DNA from: Trichoplax adhaerens
Taxonomy: Eukaryota > Animalia > Placozoa
Length of the DNA: 64,000 bases
NCBI RefSeq assembly: GCF_000150275.1
Contig: NW_002060971.1
Span: 289,212-353,211 of the forward strand
Direction: 5' to 3'
Positions 14,830 to 40,196 of this stretch are shown here, piece after piece. Numbering within the stretch: the stretch's first letter is position 1; every line of letters starts with the position of its first letter. The notes beneath the pieces are model-generated. The model was given only the letters and a program-made list of their open reading frames with translations, had not been told where the DNA came from and ran no database searches. The position numbers were made by a program, and so were the translations under genes.

Positions 14830-15440
14830 TCTACAGATTGCACAGTGCACAGTGCACAGTGCACAGTGCTAGTAGAGTACAGTGTACTGTACTGTACAGA
14901 GACCGTGGTTGGCGTTGATGAAATGTAATAGACTATCATGCATTTCTGTAATATATAGAGTATACAGTATAGTAAATTGAGCGATAACTGATACACTAGA
15001 CTACGGGCTGTACAGTGTACAGTGTACAGTCCTGATCAAGTACAGTACACTGTACACGTCAATAATAATAATAATAATAACAATAATAATAATAATATCG
15101 TCCGTCACCTACAGGACCCGTACCGGTACCTGTGTACAGTGCTCACTGAACTAAGGTATAAACGCACTCAGCGACCGCTACCCTATAGAAAATACTACTC
15201 TATAGGCTATTGTACGTGCACCTCCCCTTCTTGGTGCACGGATGGGCAACCAGCTGAGGTGTCAACTCAAACAGACACTAGACCATCGCGAACAAGACCC
15301 ATGGAAGAAAGAATTTGTATCCCCTTCGACCATGGACTGACTACCAGACTACCGCTAGTGGGTGAGTCACTGCGTGAGCAGTCACTCGGCCAGTCAGTCA
15401 CTCTCATTGGAGCGACACGACAATTTCACTGACAAAATCA
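14830..15440. promoter_or_regulatory. Putative MRCK promoter region with (GCACAGT)n, (GTACAGT)n and GTACAGT-NN-ACTGTAC palindromes
   Basis: Locally GC-richer block ~1-1.6 kb upstream of the MRCK ATG. Candidate 5'UTR donor CAAG|GTAATA near 15560 and acceptor TTGTAG near 16425. The TSS itself cannot be seen from sequence. Confidence 0.5.
15061..15097. repeat. (AAT)n microsatellite
   Basis: AATAATAATAATAATAATAACAATAATAATAATAAT read directly. Confidence 0.95.
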
Positions 15441-16446
15441 GCTTTGGGATTTGCGGGATAGCGTTAAGCTGGCGCTTTTCTAATGGAAAAATTGATTTCT
15501 TCTGCTAAGAAATAACAACAATATTGCCTAAATTGCCTGGAAAAGTGACAATTACACAAGGTAATAATCCATATTTGGAGTTCAATTGCATTGGTCCACC
15601 AGAATTTGCGCTAAATGATATCATTGCGTTGATCTACTGTCGAGTAGAATGAGGAACCCTACGAAAATTTCAATGAAACACGGACCGTTTTTTTTCTCTA
15701 CCTATTTGCTTCTCTATCCCTAAGCAAAATGGCCACCAACTTTAGTTAGTCAACTGGTTATGAATGTACTGTATGGAATGACTAGGTTTTATGCCTTGCA
15801 GATAGATTATTTTATTCTGTGGGGAAAATACTTGTACAAGTGTCATGAGAGTTTACTGTAACATTGACTTGTTCTCATAACCAACATGCTTCAGCGATTG
15901 TCATTATTGATTTATTTATTTATAACATGATGATCAGTAGGACCATTTCGTTGTGATTCTTCATATCGGTTGTCCCTTCTGATTACTTATTGGATCATTT
16001 CTAGTAAGTTAGGTGCTATAAGCAAGTTTCTATTTCGACCTTGACTGGGTTGTTTCACTAGTGAATAGGCTGTACTTTCCAAACAACGTTTCAAAAGTAA
16101 TGACAGTGAATCATAAACCAGTGTGCAATACTCTTTCAATGAACAATAATAAACAACCTCATTTCCCCACTGATAGCTACGCAATAGTTAAAGCATTACT
16201 TTATCGTTCATTCATGGATGGTATGTGAAAGAAATCCTGCTAATGATTGCTTTTTATGTTGAAATATATTCCTTCCCTGCTGTGGTCATCCTCAAATTGA
16301 AAATAGTAACATTTGGCTCGTTTTGAAAGCAAGTCAAAAGACAGACAACAAAAAGCCTTCAACCGATTTCTTCCCTAGGCTGGTTTTAGCTCAATCAGTT
16401 CATTACTAACCAAGATACATTGTAGTCAAAGTCATCCTTGTCCGCC

Positions 16447-29851
<13,405 letters not shown>

Positions 29852-30037
29852 AAATGGTCTATTGATTTACCGATAACTGGCTAACTACCATTTTTATATA
29901 TTTCGTTTCATTATTTGCTGATTTTGTGAATAATATATAGTACGGACAAACTGACTTTAACTTTTATAAAATCCAATAATGTTTGGATAAATTTAAAAAT
30001 TTCAGTTTTGTAGCATAAATACACGTACACATACAGT

Positions 30038-30063
30038 ATATATATATATATATATATATATAT
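30038..30063. repeat. (TA)n microsatellite
   Basis: Run of ~13 TA units between the convergent MRCK and SART1 3' ends. Confidence 0.9.
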
Positions 30064-31477
30064 TTAAGTATTTAAAAATTTTCGATTTTTAATGTGAAAG
30101 CTACAGTATTTAACTGTTGCTTCATCAATGGATAAGTTTGTGCTCTGGAGCAGTCTCGTCAAAAATTTTTTAGACTATATACTATCGTTCTGTCTCATAT
30201 TTGTTATTCTAGTTATTTCTTCGAAGATCTATCTGAGCAAATTCTATCTCTTATGATTCTGTTTTCTGCTATAATAACACCGAAGTATACCGCTAAAACC
30301 TGTTATGAATGAATTTCTTTTAGAAGTAGCATTGCGATTATATGTTATGGGCAATTAATAATGAAATGTAATAGACTGCCGCTAAATTAGATTTGAAAAA
30401 GATGCATTATATACGAGTACACATACGTATGTTAGGAAGGTATAAAAAGCGATAATCTGATATTGCAGTAGTTAACTTTTAGGACTATCAATAAACGCAC
30501 TCTTGTCGCATTGATACTAATTCTGTATAGCGATGCAATTAGTTTTACAGTATAGCGATTCCTTTTTACATAGCTGCAATTTAATAGTGTTTTTTCAATT
30601 TCCGTACTTTAACAATTATGGAAGATAATGTAATAAAGATTTTCAGCTTTTTTGGATAATATTGAAACGATAGATTTATTGTAAGATACCCTTAGCAACA
30701 GTCTGTACTACATGTATGTACGCTGCAATCGAAAGTATCTTAAAACACCCGGACTTAAATCGCCTGTTCAGTACGGTGTATAATAAATACGTAAGCAATA
30801 CGTACAGTATAGTCAAGATTACAAAATAATGTACGAATAGTAATATCCACCATAATCGCAGTACAACGAACAATTCACTAAACGTGAATCATAACAGCCA
30901 TATCATACAAGTATTTTAAATACGTTGCGCAGAAGAATTCATAACAAAGCATATCCTAGCCATATTTCGGCAGTAGATAAGCTAAGGCATTAATTAATTA
31001 CGCTATTTCATACGATGTAGCAGAGATTCATCTCTCTTTTTAAGAGTTCTTCCATGTTAATTTTCTAATACTAGACATAGCAGTGCTACCGATCACGACA
31101 TAACTGGCTCCTTGTATATTAAAATCCAAATTACAACGAGACAGAGCAAAATTTTTTTAAAAGCAATTTATTATTTAATAGGATAACATCGAATGAAACT
31201 AGGATGAAAAGTGATAAATTATATAATTATACAACATTAGTTCTTCAACCTACGTGTATAATAGCATATAGTCTCGTAAGAATCACTGTTGACCACCCAA
31301 GGTTATTTTGCAAAAATCATAATCGTCTAGCATAGTGAAAGTACTATTCGTACATATACTAAAGATAGGAATTGATATCCAGTTCGCATAAAGGATATAG
31401 AAATTTCACGCAAAAATTTACATTACAAGTAGTCCATGAAGTGATAGTGCGTCCTGGAGATGTACTTTAGTAGAACG

Positions 31478-34400
31478 TTATTTCTTATCCTTAGTTATTG
31501 GAATCCTATCAAAGTATGTTAGGAAATGTTCATTCATGGAAAGCCTCACAGGATTCTCGATCCGCAGTAAAAAATCTTATACTTACGTGTTAATTAAACC
31601 TTTACCGCCTCCACTTAACACAAGGAAAGCATTTTGTGTTTGTTCCATTTTATCTCTCATTAAACTTACAGTTCCCAGCGGAGTGTCAGTAGAACTCATT
31701 TTTTTAAATGCCTAATGTAATTGTATGTCATATTGATGAGATAAGAATTAACATAAAAATTGTTTACGTAGTTAATTTCGCACCTCTTCTTCAGCTAATT
31801 TTTTATTGCGTTTTTCAATTTTCTTCTTGCCAGATACCTTACCATGGAATCGATGAGATAATTCTCTAAATGCCTGTAGGTAAAATAGGAGATTAGCATT
31901 GTTGTTCCGCTTAACCTTAACGCTGAATTTCTACGGACAGTAAGTAGCTCAGATAAGCAAAGGAAATACCTCTTTGGCATTTAGTCGGCGTCCAGAGTCA
32001 TCAAAGTATTCTAGTTTAAAACCAGGCTTATAGTCATCCTTGTCCTTAAAGCTTGTATGGCCATATCGCGATGATGATCTGCCTCTAATAAGATAAAGGA
32101 ATACACTCAAATTATCTGTATAAGTTCGAGTATTACATAATCAATTGCAATTATTTCATCTTACAGTTCCTTCAAAAATTTATCGTCAATTTCGTAGGAA
32201 CTAAATAAAATCAAGGAAAACAGGTTATAGAATCGAAACTGTGTATGATATCTCTTCGTATAGAGTTCTAACACTAATGCCTATGATAGATTGGAAGTTC
32301 TTACTTTTGATCCTCAACAACATAGTCAGTGGAGGGTAAATTTAATGGTTTATGGCTAGATTTCTTTTTAGGAGCATCTAAATAGCCTACATGGTGTATG
32401 ACAAGATCACAAGAAATAAGGAATTCACATAAAAAATGCCAACGCCATTGATATATAAGGGTGCATACCTTTCTTGGAAGCAAGAAGTAAAGCAGCCATA
32501 GTTCCTTTGCTGACAATTGGTTCATCGTTCATGAAACCAACTTCTGATTCGTCCTTTAAGGAAAAATAAAATTTGGACATTTAAGAAAAGTAATTTGATA
32601 CGCTGTAGTTTTAGTTGCGTAGCATTTACAAAATAATTGTATCAGGATTTCATCATGCAATCAATTCATACCACTTCAATTTTAGCTGGTTTCTCATCTT
32701 CTGTGTTTACAGGTTCCCAACCGCTGTTTTCAACGTCATCGTCTTCGTCGTCCAGTTCCTACGATCAAAATAATTTCCATTTAATTGCGGTAAAAGTATA
32801 CCTTGATCGCTTTGTAAAAGCAGTAATTTAAATATCCCGACGTACCATATCGTCAGAATCCTTATCAGCTTCAACTTCAGTAGTACGACCTTAAGTAGAA
32901 TATAAAAATTGATATCGAGAATGTATTGTTTAGTCTCGTCTAGATTTTTATGTATTATTACAATGTAATATTGAATACCCTGATTTGCTCTTCTAGATGT
33001 GCGTGATATTGTTTCACCAAGACTACGACAGAATTCAGTAGTGGTGTTAAAGGTTATTCCGCTAGTAGCCTTGATATCTTCACTAGTATTATCCACGACA
33101 GACGCTGAAATTTGGCGGATCTGGAGATTAATTTATACCAGAAAAAGATAGTTAGTAACCATTCGTAGATATTATTGCAGAATATTTATCCTGCAAACTA
33201 GAAAAAAGAATTACTTTCTCCTCTTGTGTAAGAGCTTGTTCTTGCAGTTTTCTTCTTCGATTTCTAAAGAATAATAATATAATAAGACGACCACTGGGGC
33301 AAAGTGCATTGACGAGATATTTTTTAATCAATTTTACCTGGCTAGAATATTTTCCATTTCAATTTCAGCTTCATCAACAATTACCACGTTATCATCATTA
33401 CGAACAATCGGATTAACTTCATCATTAATAGTAGGCTGTGTAACTAAAGGAAAAAAACGGGTTAGATACTATTTGACGCTTTAGAGTAAAAAGTTAATGT
33501 TAGTCAAATTTACCTGCGCTAATATCATTCGAACTACTAATATCCATAGGTTCACTGGTATCGTTACTTTTCACGAGATTAGATACGGTACTTTTGTTAC
33601 TGAAAGTTGATATAAGTAAAAATTGATTCTTGGATAAGCTTGATAGCAAACAGAATCCAAGAAACTTACCGTGATCCATGATCTGCACGTTCGTCACTTT
33701 CAAGAGGAACAAGGTCATCAGCCTACGAGTTGATAACAATTTTTAGTTCATAGCAAAAATATGATAGTTACTAGTGTCTTTATATTTTATCGAGTAGAAA
33801 GGCATAATTAATCAGTATTTTTTACTTTCAAATTTTCACTTTTTCTGATTTTTCGACGCTTCTTCTTAGGCTTTTTGAACTGTACCTAAATTTTAAAAAG
33901 AAATTAGCTTCAAGCATACGTTTTTTTACTATGAATTATTGCCCAATCAAACAGAGTTTTAATTACCATTTCTTCAGGTGTATAAAATTCTGAGCTTATT
34001 GTTCCTTTGCTATATTCTAAATTAACCTAAAAAATAGCCAATATAGGTAACTCAATTGCTTTTCATAGCATTAGTCAATGGATACTGTACATACGCTCTG
34101 CGATTTTATTTCTTCTTTGATCTATAAAAAAGGTAACATTAATTCTTTTAGATAGAGCATAATTAATCAATAGCATACTATTTCATAGTAACCTTTCTCA
34201 TAAACATTGATAATTTGTTAAGAAATGAACAAAATGATTCACCTGCTTCAATTCATTCTCTATCTTCATGTCTGCCATTCCGGAAGAACCTTTAACCGTC
34301 GTAGAACAATGTTTTAATGTAACGATTCGCAATATTTTAAAGAAAATTGGTAATTGTTAACATAAAATATTAGAACGGTAGAATTATTTACCCAGCCGAA

Positions 34401-37055
34401 AAGATGATTTCTTCTCGCCATCTATAACCTCATCATATTTAGATAACATTTGCTTTGCTTTAGGCTAGAAAATAAATTAACGTAAGGCATCTTAGAAGCT
34501 GGATGGCTACCATCTGCATGACATTAATTACATACTATTCCAAGTTCATCCCATTCATCATCGTCGTATGGTTGATAATCTGGCTTTTTCTTCTTCAATT
34601 CTATATTTTTGCTAGCCTAGTCATGCCAAATACATATTATTAATAAATTTAATCAATTTCTAGAGCAGTACATACTGGTAGTGTGGCATTAACCTTTTCG
34701 TCATCTTTGATATTAACATTTTCCAAGACGTCTTCATTGTTATCTTCTAGAATACCTAGGCGGGGTAATCAATATATTAATATTACATCTAGTGTTATGA
34801 TAACTTAATTTTAACTACTGTTGGTCTCTTCTGAATTACTACCTTTATCTTGCAAAGTCAAGATTACATTTTGTCCTTCCTACGTTGGAAAAATTATTTT
34901 AGTCAGTATCACGTACAATTAAATTTAGGAACTATTTAAGGTGACACGAACAGCTGCATTAATATACCCTACATATTATTCACCTGAAATGCCGTTTTTG
35001 CATGTTCAATTTTTAATCCACTTAACGCGTCAGATTTGTATCGATTTTTCGATTGCGCAATCTTTTTGCCAAATTCTGCTTCTACTAAATTGCCGATTCC
35101 GAATTCATCATCCATTTCCTCAAGCATTGTAGCCTGTTGAATTTGAAAGTTTTCTAGTATGAGTAAACCATTCAATATCATCGCTATTACATTGCTAAGA
35201 TTGTCACCCTTTTCTTAGCCATTTCTTTTTCTTTCTCTAATTTACGACTTTTTTCTACCCATGAACGAATATCGCCAGATTGACTATCGTCAATTTCACC
35301 TAAAGTTTTGAAATTTCTGTTACAATAAACATTAAAGCAGGTTAGTATAGCAGACTTGCCATAGCTTTTACTTGTACTAATTGTTTCGTAAAGTTTTATT
35401 TTTAAAACATCATACTTTAGTTTCTCAGCAATCAAACGCTTCTCTCGCAAAGTGGCAAGCTTTTCTTTTAACTATATAATAATAGTATTTTCATCACTTT
35501 TAATATCTTATTAGTGTATATATTATGTATACCCAGTATTTAACAAATTCACTAAATTATAACAAGTGTAACGGTAGTTGAAAATATCTTTATAGATAAG
35601 GCATGGATTTTTAAATGGCTAAAGAGAATCGAGTATTTGCATACCTTTTCAGTTTCCTTCATTTCACCCCAATTGACAGCAGGTACGTGGACAAATTCCT
35701 TTTCTTTGGTACCATTGTCTATAGTATAACAAATTTAGTATTGGCGGAGGTAAAGTATTAATATTGTTAGAAAAATTTTTCAACACGTCTATGCCGTAAT
35801 CACTAGGTCTCGTATTTGATTCTGATCTTTGCATATTAATAATCATCATGATCCAAAAACTTACCATCATCATCCAACTGAAGAGGCGCTAGGCCAAGTT
35901 GTGCCCTCAATTTGCTGCAAAGAATTAGATACGACTGTGAGGGTGGAGAATTAAAGTTTAACGGATAATAAGAAAGATTCTAAACAGGTAGCAGCTGCCT
36001 AACTACCCGTTTAGAAACTTTCCTATCAGCTAGGGTCAATATACACAATGAATAATTTATAATTTAGCAGGCTTATTATTTACTGACGTTGATGACTGTA
36101 GAGCTACATCTCAAAGTTACTTACTTTGTGTCTTCTATACTTAATGATTGCGTAGCGGCGCCTCCTGCTATTTACCAGATCCGATGATATTGAATTAAGA
36201 AAATAAAAAAAGAGTGAAATAGTTAGGGCCATACAGGCGAGAATTATATGACGATAAAAATTAATTAACCACAACAGTATACCCGTACTACACAATCCTA
36301 TTTCCTATTTTCTATATGGCATCATAACAATGAATGCGTATGAAAGATTGACACGGAAAAACTATTCTATCTTCTCATATATAGCTGAGATAGGTTGCAT
36401 ATAGTAGAGAAGACATGACAAATTTACTGATCAATAGTTATAGGAATTCGATAACGGTACATGCTATAAGATGCAGGTAACAAAACTCATCAAAAAAACG
36501 ATGAATCGTATTTCAGAGTGCTTTAAGAAAGAGTTAAAGTAGCGGTAGGAAGTAATGATGCAACGATATTGTTACGATAAGGACTTTTCTAAAAATAGAA
36601 GGTAGCAAGTTACAATTAGCTGATACCGTGGCCATTACTATTTTTTATTGACTTGTACCTTGATTATTACCACTGCTAGTATCTTTATCGAGTTGTGCAT
36701 CATCTTTACTTCGCTTACTACTTTTGCTTGTACGATCAGTATCAAAGTCATGGCGATGACTATCTCTATCTTTCTCCTTCTTACTACTTGATTCACTACG
36801 CTCGGGACTTCTGCTCCGGCCGCGACGTTTTATGTCTTCCTTGTCACGGCTGTCACTTCGACGGCGCCGTCTGCTACGTCCATCTCTATCACGACTACCA
36901 CTACGTTCACGTCGCTTTGATCTATCATGTTCTCGACTTCTGCTACGTTCTCGGCGACGATTGTCTCTTTCTTTGCTCCTATCCCTTCTCTTGGATTTAC
37001 TACTTTGTAACTCATCACTTTCCTTGACTTTCTCGTCTTTGGTTGATGTACCCAT
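31478..37055 (-). CDS. SART1: U4/U6.U5 tri-snRNP-associated protein 1 (SART1/Snu66), multi-exon
   Basis: ATG at 37055 (MGTSTKDEKV), N-terminal RS/RD-rich domain, HIND motif SLSIEDTN|KLRAQLGLAPL, MLEEMDDEFG, VILTLQDKGIL, FYTPEEM, TTEFCRSLG, EAFRELSHRFHGK, MSSTDTPLGT. Ends INTIPITKDKK-TAA (31480-31478). An acceptor just upstream of the ATG implies a 5'UTR intron. Confidence 0.96.
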
Positions 37056-37599
37056 CTTAGTTAAGTAACTGCAGAAGAAATTTTGACGGTAATCCATTAA
37101 GATAATAGTAAGTCAATGCTATATGTAATTGCACTCGTACGCCAATCGAATAACTAAATGTTGGTATTTAGCTCATTAGTATAAGAATAGAGCTGTTGAT
37201 GGCAGAGTTAAAATTTGATTGAATGATCGGACATTGAAGCAGTTACTATTTCTAATAGTCCATGGTGATATTGTAGGGGAGTCAAATCACTGTCATGTTT
37301 ATAAGCTTTCAATTTCTATCTTGCAAATACGTGTATTGCTAGGTCTAACATTTTTTAAATTGCTTAGTTGTATGGGCAAATACTGTAGTAGCTATCATCG
37401 AAATACTTAACTATGAGTTGTTTGTTATGGCGTTATCCTGCACACCTCAGTATTGAATCTAGTGTTTACGGTCGACTCATCCATCTTTTTAATCTATCCC
37501 AATCTTTTCTACAGAAACACGCATAGTTATGAATAAGCTAAGGTATTGTAGAAAAATTCGAGTACTGAACAGTATGAGTTTATCATTTTAAGAGACTAT

Positions 37600-38560
37600 T
37601 TTCAATTACAATCATCATCTACAGCAATGAATCATCATTTTATTTCCACCATACGTCTAGAAGATATTTCAGTATACACCATTCATCGTTACAACAGTGA
37701 TGTAAATTGAAATAATGTTAATTTGTGTTGCGGACTGTTATGGTATAGCGTTAACATAGGGTGCTATTCTCAACTTGACTGATTGTACTGTAATGGATAT
37801 CCAATTGGATTATTTTTAATCGCAGTCGTAGCATGTAGCAATAGATCCTCATTTTATTTCCAGGATACATATAGACATTTATTATATCACCATTGGTCGC
37901 TACAGCAGTAATGTAAATTGAAATGATGTCAACTTGTGCTGCGGACTGTTTGATATTGCGTTAAGATAGAGCATTATTTTCAACTTGACTGATTGTCATA
38001 ATGTCCAATTAGACTATTTTTAATCGCAGTTCTATCATGCAGCAATGGATCGTCATTTTATATCCAGGATACGTTTAGATGTCTAGTATATTATCATTAG
38101 TCGTTACAGCAGTAATGTGAATTGAAATACGTCAACTTGTGTTGCGGATTGTTAGGATAGAGTATTATTCTCAACTCGACTGATTGTCATGACGTCCAAT
38201 TGGACTATTTTTAATTGGAGTTATATCATGCCGCAATGGATCATCATGCTATGTCCAGGATACATCTAGATATCCAGTATATCATCACGACTGATTGTCA
38301 TGATGTCCAATTGGACTATTTTTAATCGCAGTTCTATCATGCAGCAAAGGATCATCATTTTATATTCAGTATATCATCATTTGTCATTGCAGTAGTAATG
38401 TAAATTGAAATGATGTCAACTTGTGTTGCGGATTGTTAGGATAGAGTATAATTCTCAACTGGACTGATTGTCATGATGTCTCATTGGACTATGTTTAATC
38501 GTAGTTCTATCATGCAGCAAAGGATCATCATTTTATTTCCAGGATACGCAGAGACATTCA
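37600..38560. repeat. Degenerate tandem repeat, unit ~205-210 nt, ~4.5 copies, upstream of the SART1 ATG
   Basis: GTAAATTGAAATGATGTCAACTTGTGTTGCGGA-like blocks near 37702, 37913, 38116 and 38400, each followed by CAACT..ACTGATTGT and TTTTTAATCGCAGT-like segments. Confidence 0.88.
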
Positions 38561-39390
38561 ATATGCCCATGGTAGTAGCATGCAGGTAAAGTAGGTGAAA
38601 ATTGTGCAAATTATCCATGGTATCATTGCAATAACATGGAAAAGGCTGTCAAAATGGGGCAATAGACCCACACTATCATGCAGTATTGCAGAAAAGAGAA
38701 TTTTCAACTTACGATCACTGTGGCAACCAAGTGGTGGAATGCAGACTGGTGGAAGTAACCAACTCAGTGAGTTTGTATTGGATTGGTAAGCGTTGCTCAG
38801 TATAGAATGGAATAAGCAAAGAGCTCAATAACGACTCGTTTACTGTCTTGAAGAAGAAAGGAATAAAGCTTAAAGAGAACGAATAACGTGAGCAATTCTT
38901 CAGAGAGATTTAGGCCAAGTTGGAGCGCAGCAATGGCCAAGGAGAAGATTGGTGTAGTCTAGTATGGTGATTGGGTTGGCCTTTTTGATAGAGATGCACG
39001 CAATCTGATAATCTCTATGCTATAGTATGAATGATTGTTGCTATTACCTACACTAACGTAGTTTTAAGTGTCGAGTCTACTATGGAGTGCGTACGTTGTC
39101 ATCACGTTGGTGGCTACGGTGAGCATGCCCAGTGTAGCAAGATGGACCTGAAAATACACTGACTTCAATGGCATTACCGAGGTCGAAAGCCGGTCAAAAG
39201 CCATCGATTTTCGGGATGTTTCAGTACCAATCACAATGGTAGGTAGGTAGCAAAGCTGTAGGGATCAACAAAACTCGTCGCCGTGTGGAGAAGGGCAGTT
39301 TCTTGGATGATTATTAGACGTGTATATTATACCTATAATGATCAACCGAAATGTCCATGCTAAGCTAGGATACAGCTGTTTCATGAAAGC

Positions 39391-39815
39391 AGTCTCTTCT
39401 GCCATTTTGCTGATTGACGATTCACTGCAGCTCTCGAAGAAGACTTGGACCGGACACTGGACGGCGGACACTCTTTGGACGGACAGACACATAGCCTCCT
39501 CCTCCTCTTCCATCCGCCATTTTGTAGATTGAGGAGACACTCAAAGCATACTTGGACCGGACACTGGACAGCGGACACTCTTTTGGACGGACAGATATGT
39601 GGCCTCCTCTTCCATCCGCCATTTTGCTGATTGAGGATTCACTAGAAGTCACTCGAAGAAGACTTGGACCGGACACTGGACAGCGGACACTCTTTTGGAC
39701 GGACAGACAGGTGGCCTCCTTTCCTCTTCCATCCGCCATTTTATAGATTGGAGGATTCACTAGAAGTGCACTCGAAGAAGACTTGGACCGGACACTCTTT
39801 TGGACGGACAGACAT
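39391..39815. repeat. GC-rich tandem repeat, unit ~102-117 nt, 4 copies, each with a YY1-like motif and GGAC sub-repeats
   Basis: GCCATTTT at 39401, 39516, 39618 and 39735 (CCGCCATTTT in the last three). TTGGACCGGACAC...TTTGGACGGACAGA in every unit. Confidence 0.93.
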
Positions 39816-40059
39816 TTGCTTTCCTTTCCTCAACCAATTGGAATGGACTAAGTTTTTTTCGAAATTAAGTAATAATATTATATTGTATTCCGTTGCCTGA
39901 TGCTAAACTCTGCTTGCAAGCAGTAACTTCAGATCAACCATGTTATTCCCATCAATACCAATGATTTGGAAAACGGACACGGAAGAATCAGACTGAGCAA
40001 CTTTGATGGGCTATTTGGGGATAGTCCGTCCATCTGAAGCTCAGTCTACAGTACTTTCG

Positions 40060-40196
40060 AGGGGTCCATGACTGACTACTACAGTACAGTACAGTACTGT
40101 ACTACGGACGTACTGTGTACAGTCCGTCCGTAGCAGCAGGCCGTTGACCCGCGGTAACACTGGTTCAGACTCAGAAGTGGTGAAGAGTTTGCAGTC
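40060..40196. promoter_or_regulatory. Putative NUP160 promoter, possibly bidirectional with SART1, containing nested palindromes
   Basis: Perfect palindrome AGTACAGTACTGTACT (40088-40103) and a 32-nt quasi-palindrome (40102-40133) directly upstream of the NUP160 ATG. SART1 and NUP160 are head-to-head. Confidence 0.55.

Noticed and set aside
15022-15432. 136-aa ORF with poly-Asn
   Set aside because: GTG start in a eukaryote; it translates the AAT microsatellite and promoter-like repeats.
36695-37068. Antisense and alternate-frame ORFs over SART1 exon 1
   Set aside because: Expected shadows of low-complexity RS-domain codons.
39265-39900. Overlapping ORFs with repeated MADGRGG / MDRTLD peptides; CRISPR-like appearance
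   Set aside because: These are translations of a GC-rich tandem repeat. Whole units repeat with no unique spacers, there are no cas genes, and the context is eukaryotic.
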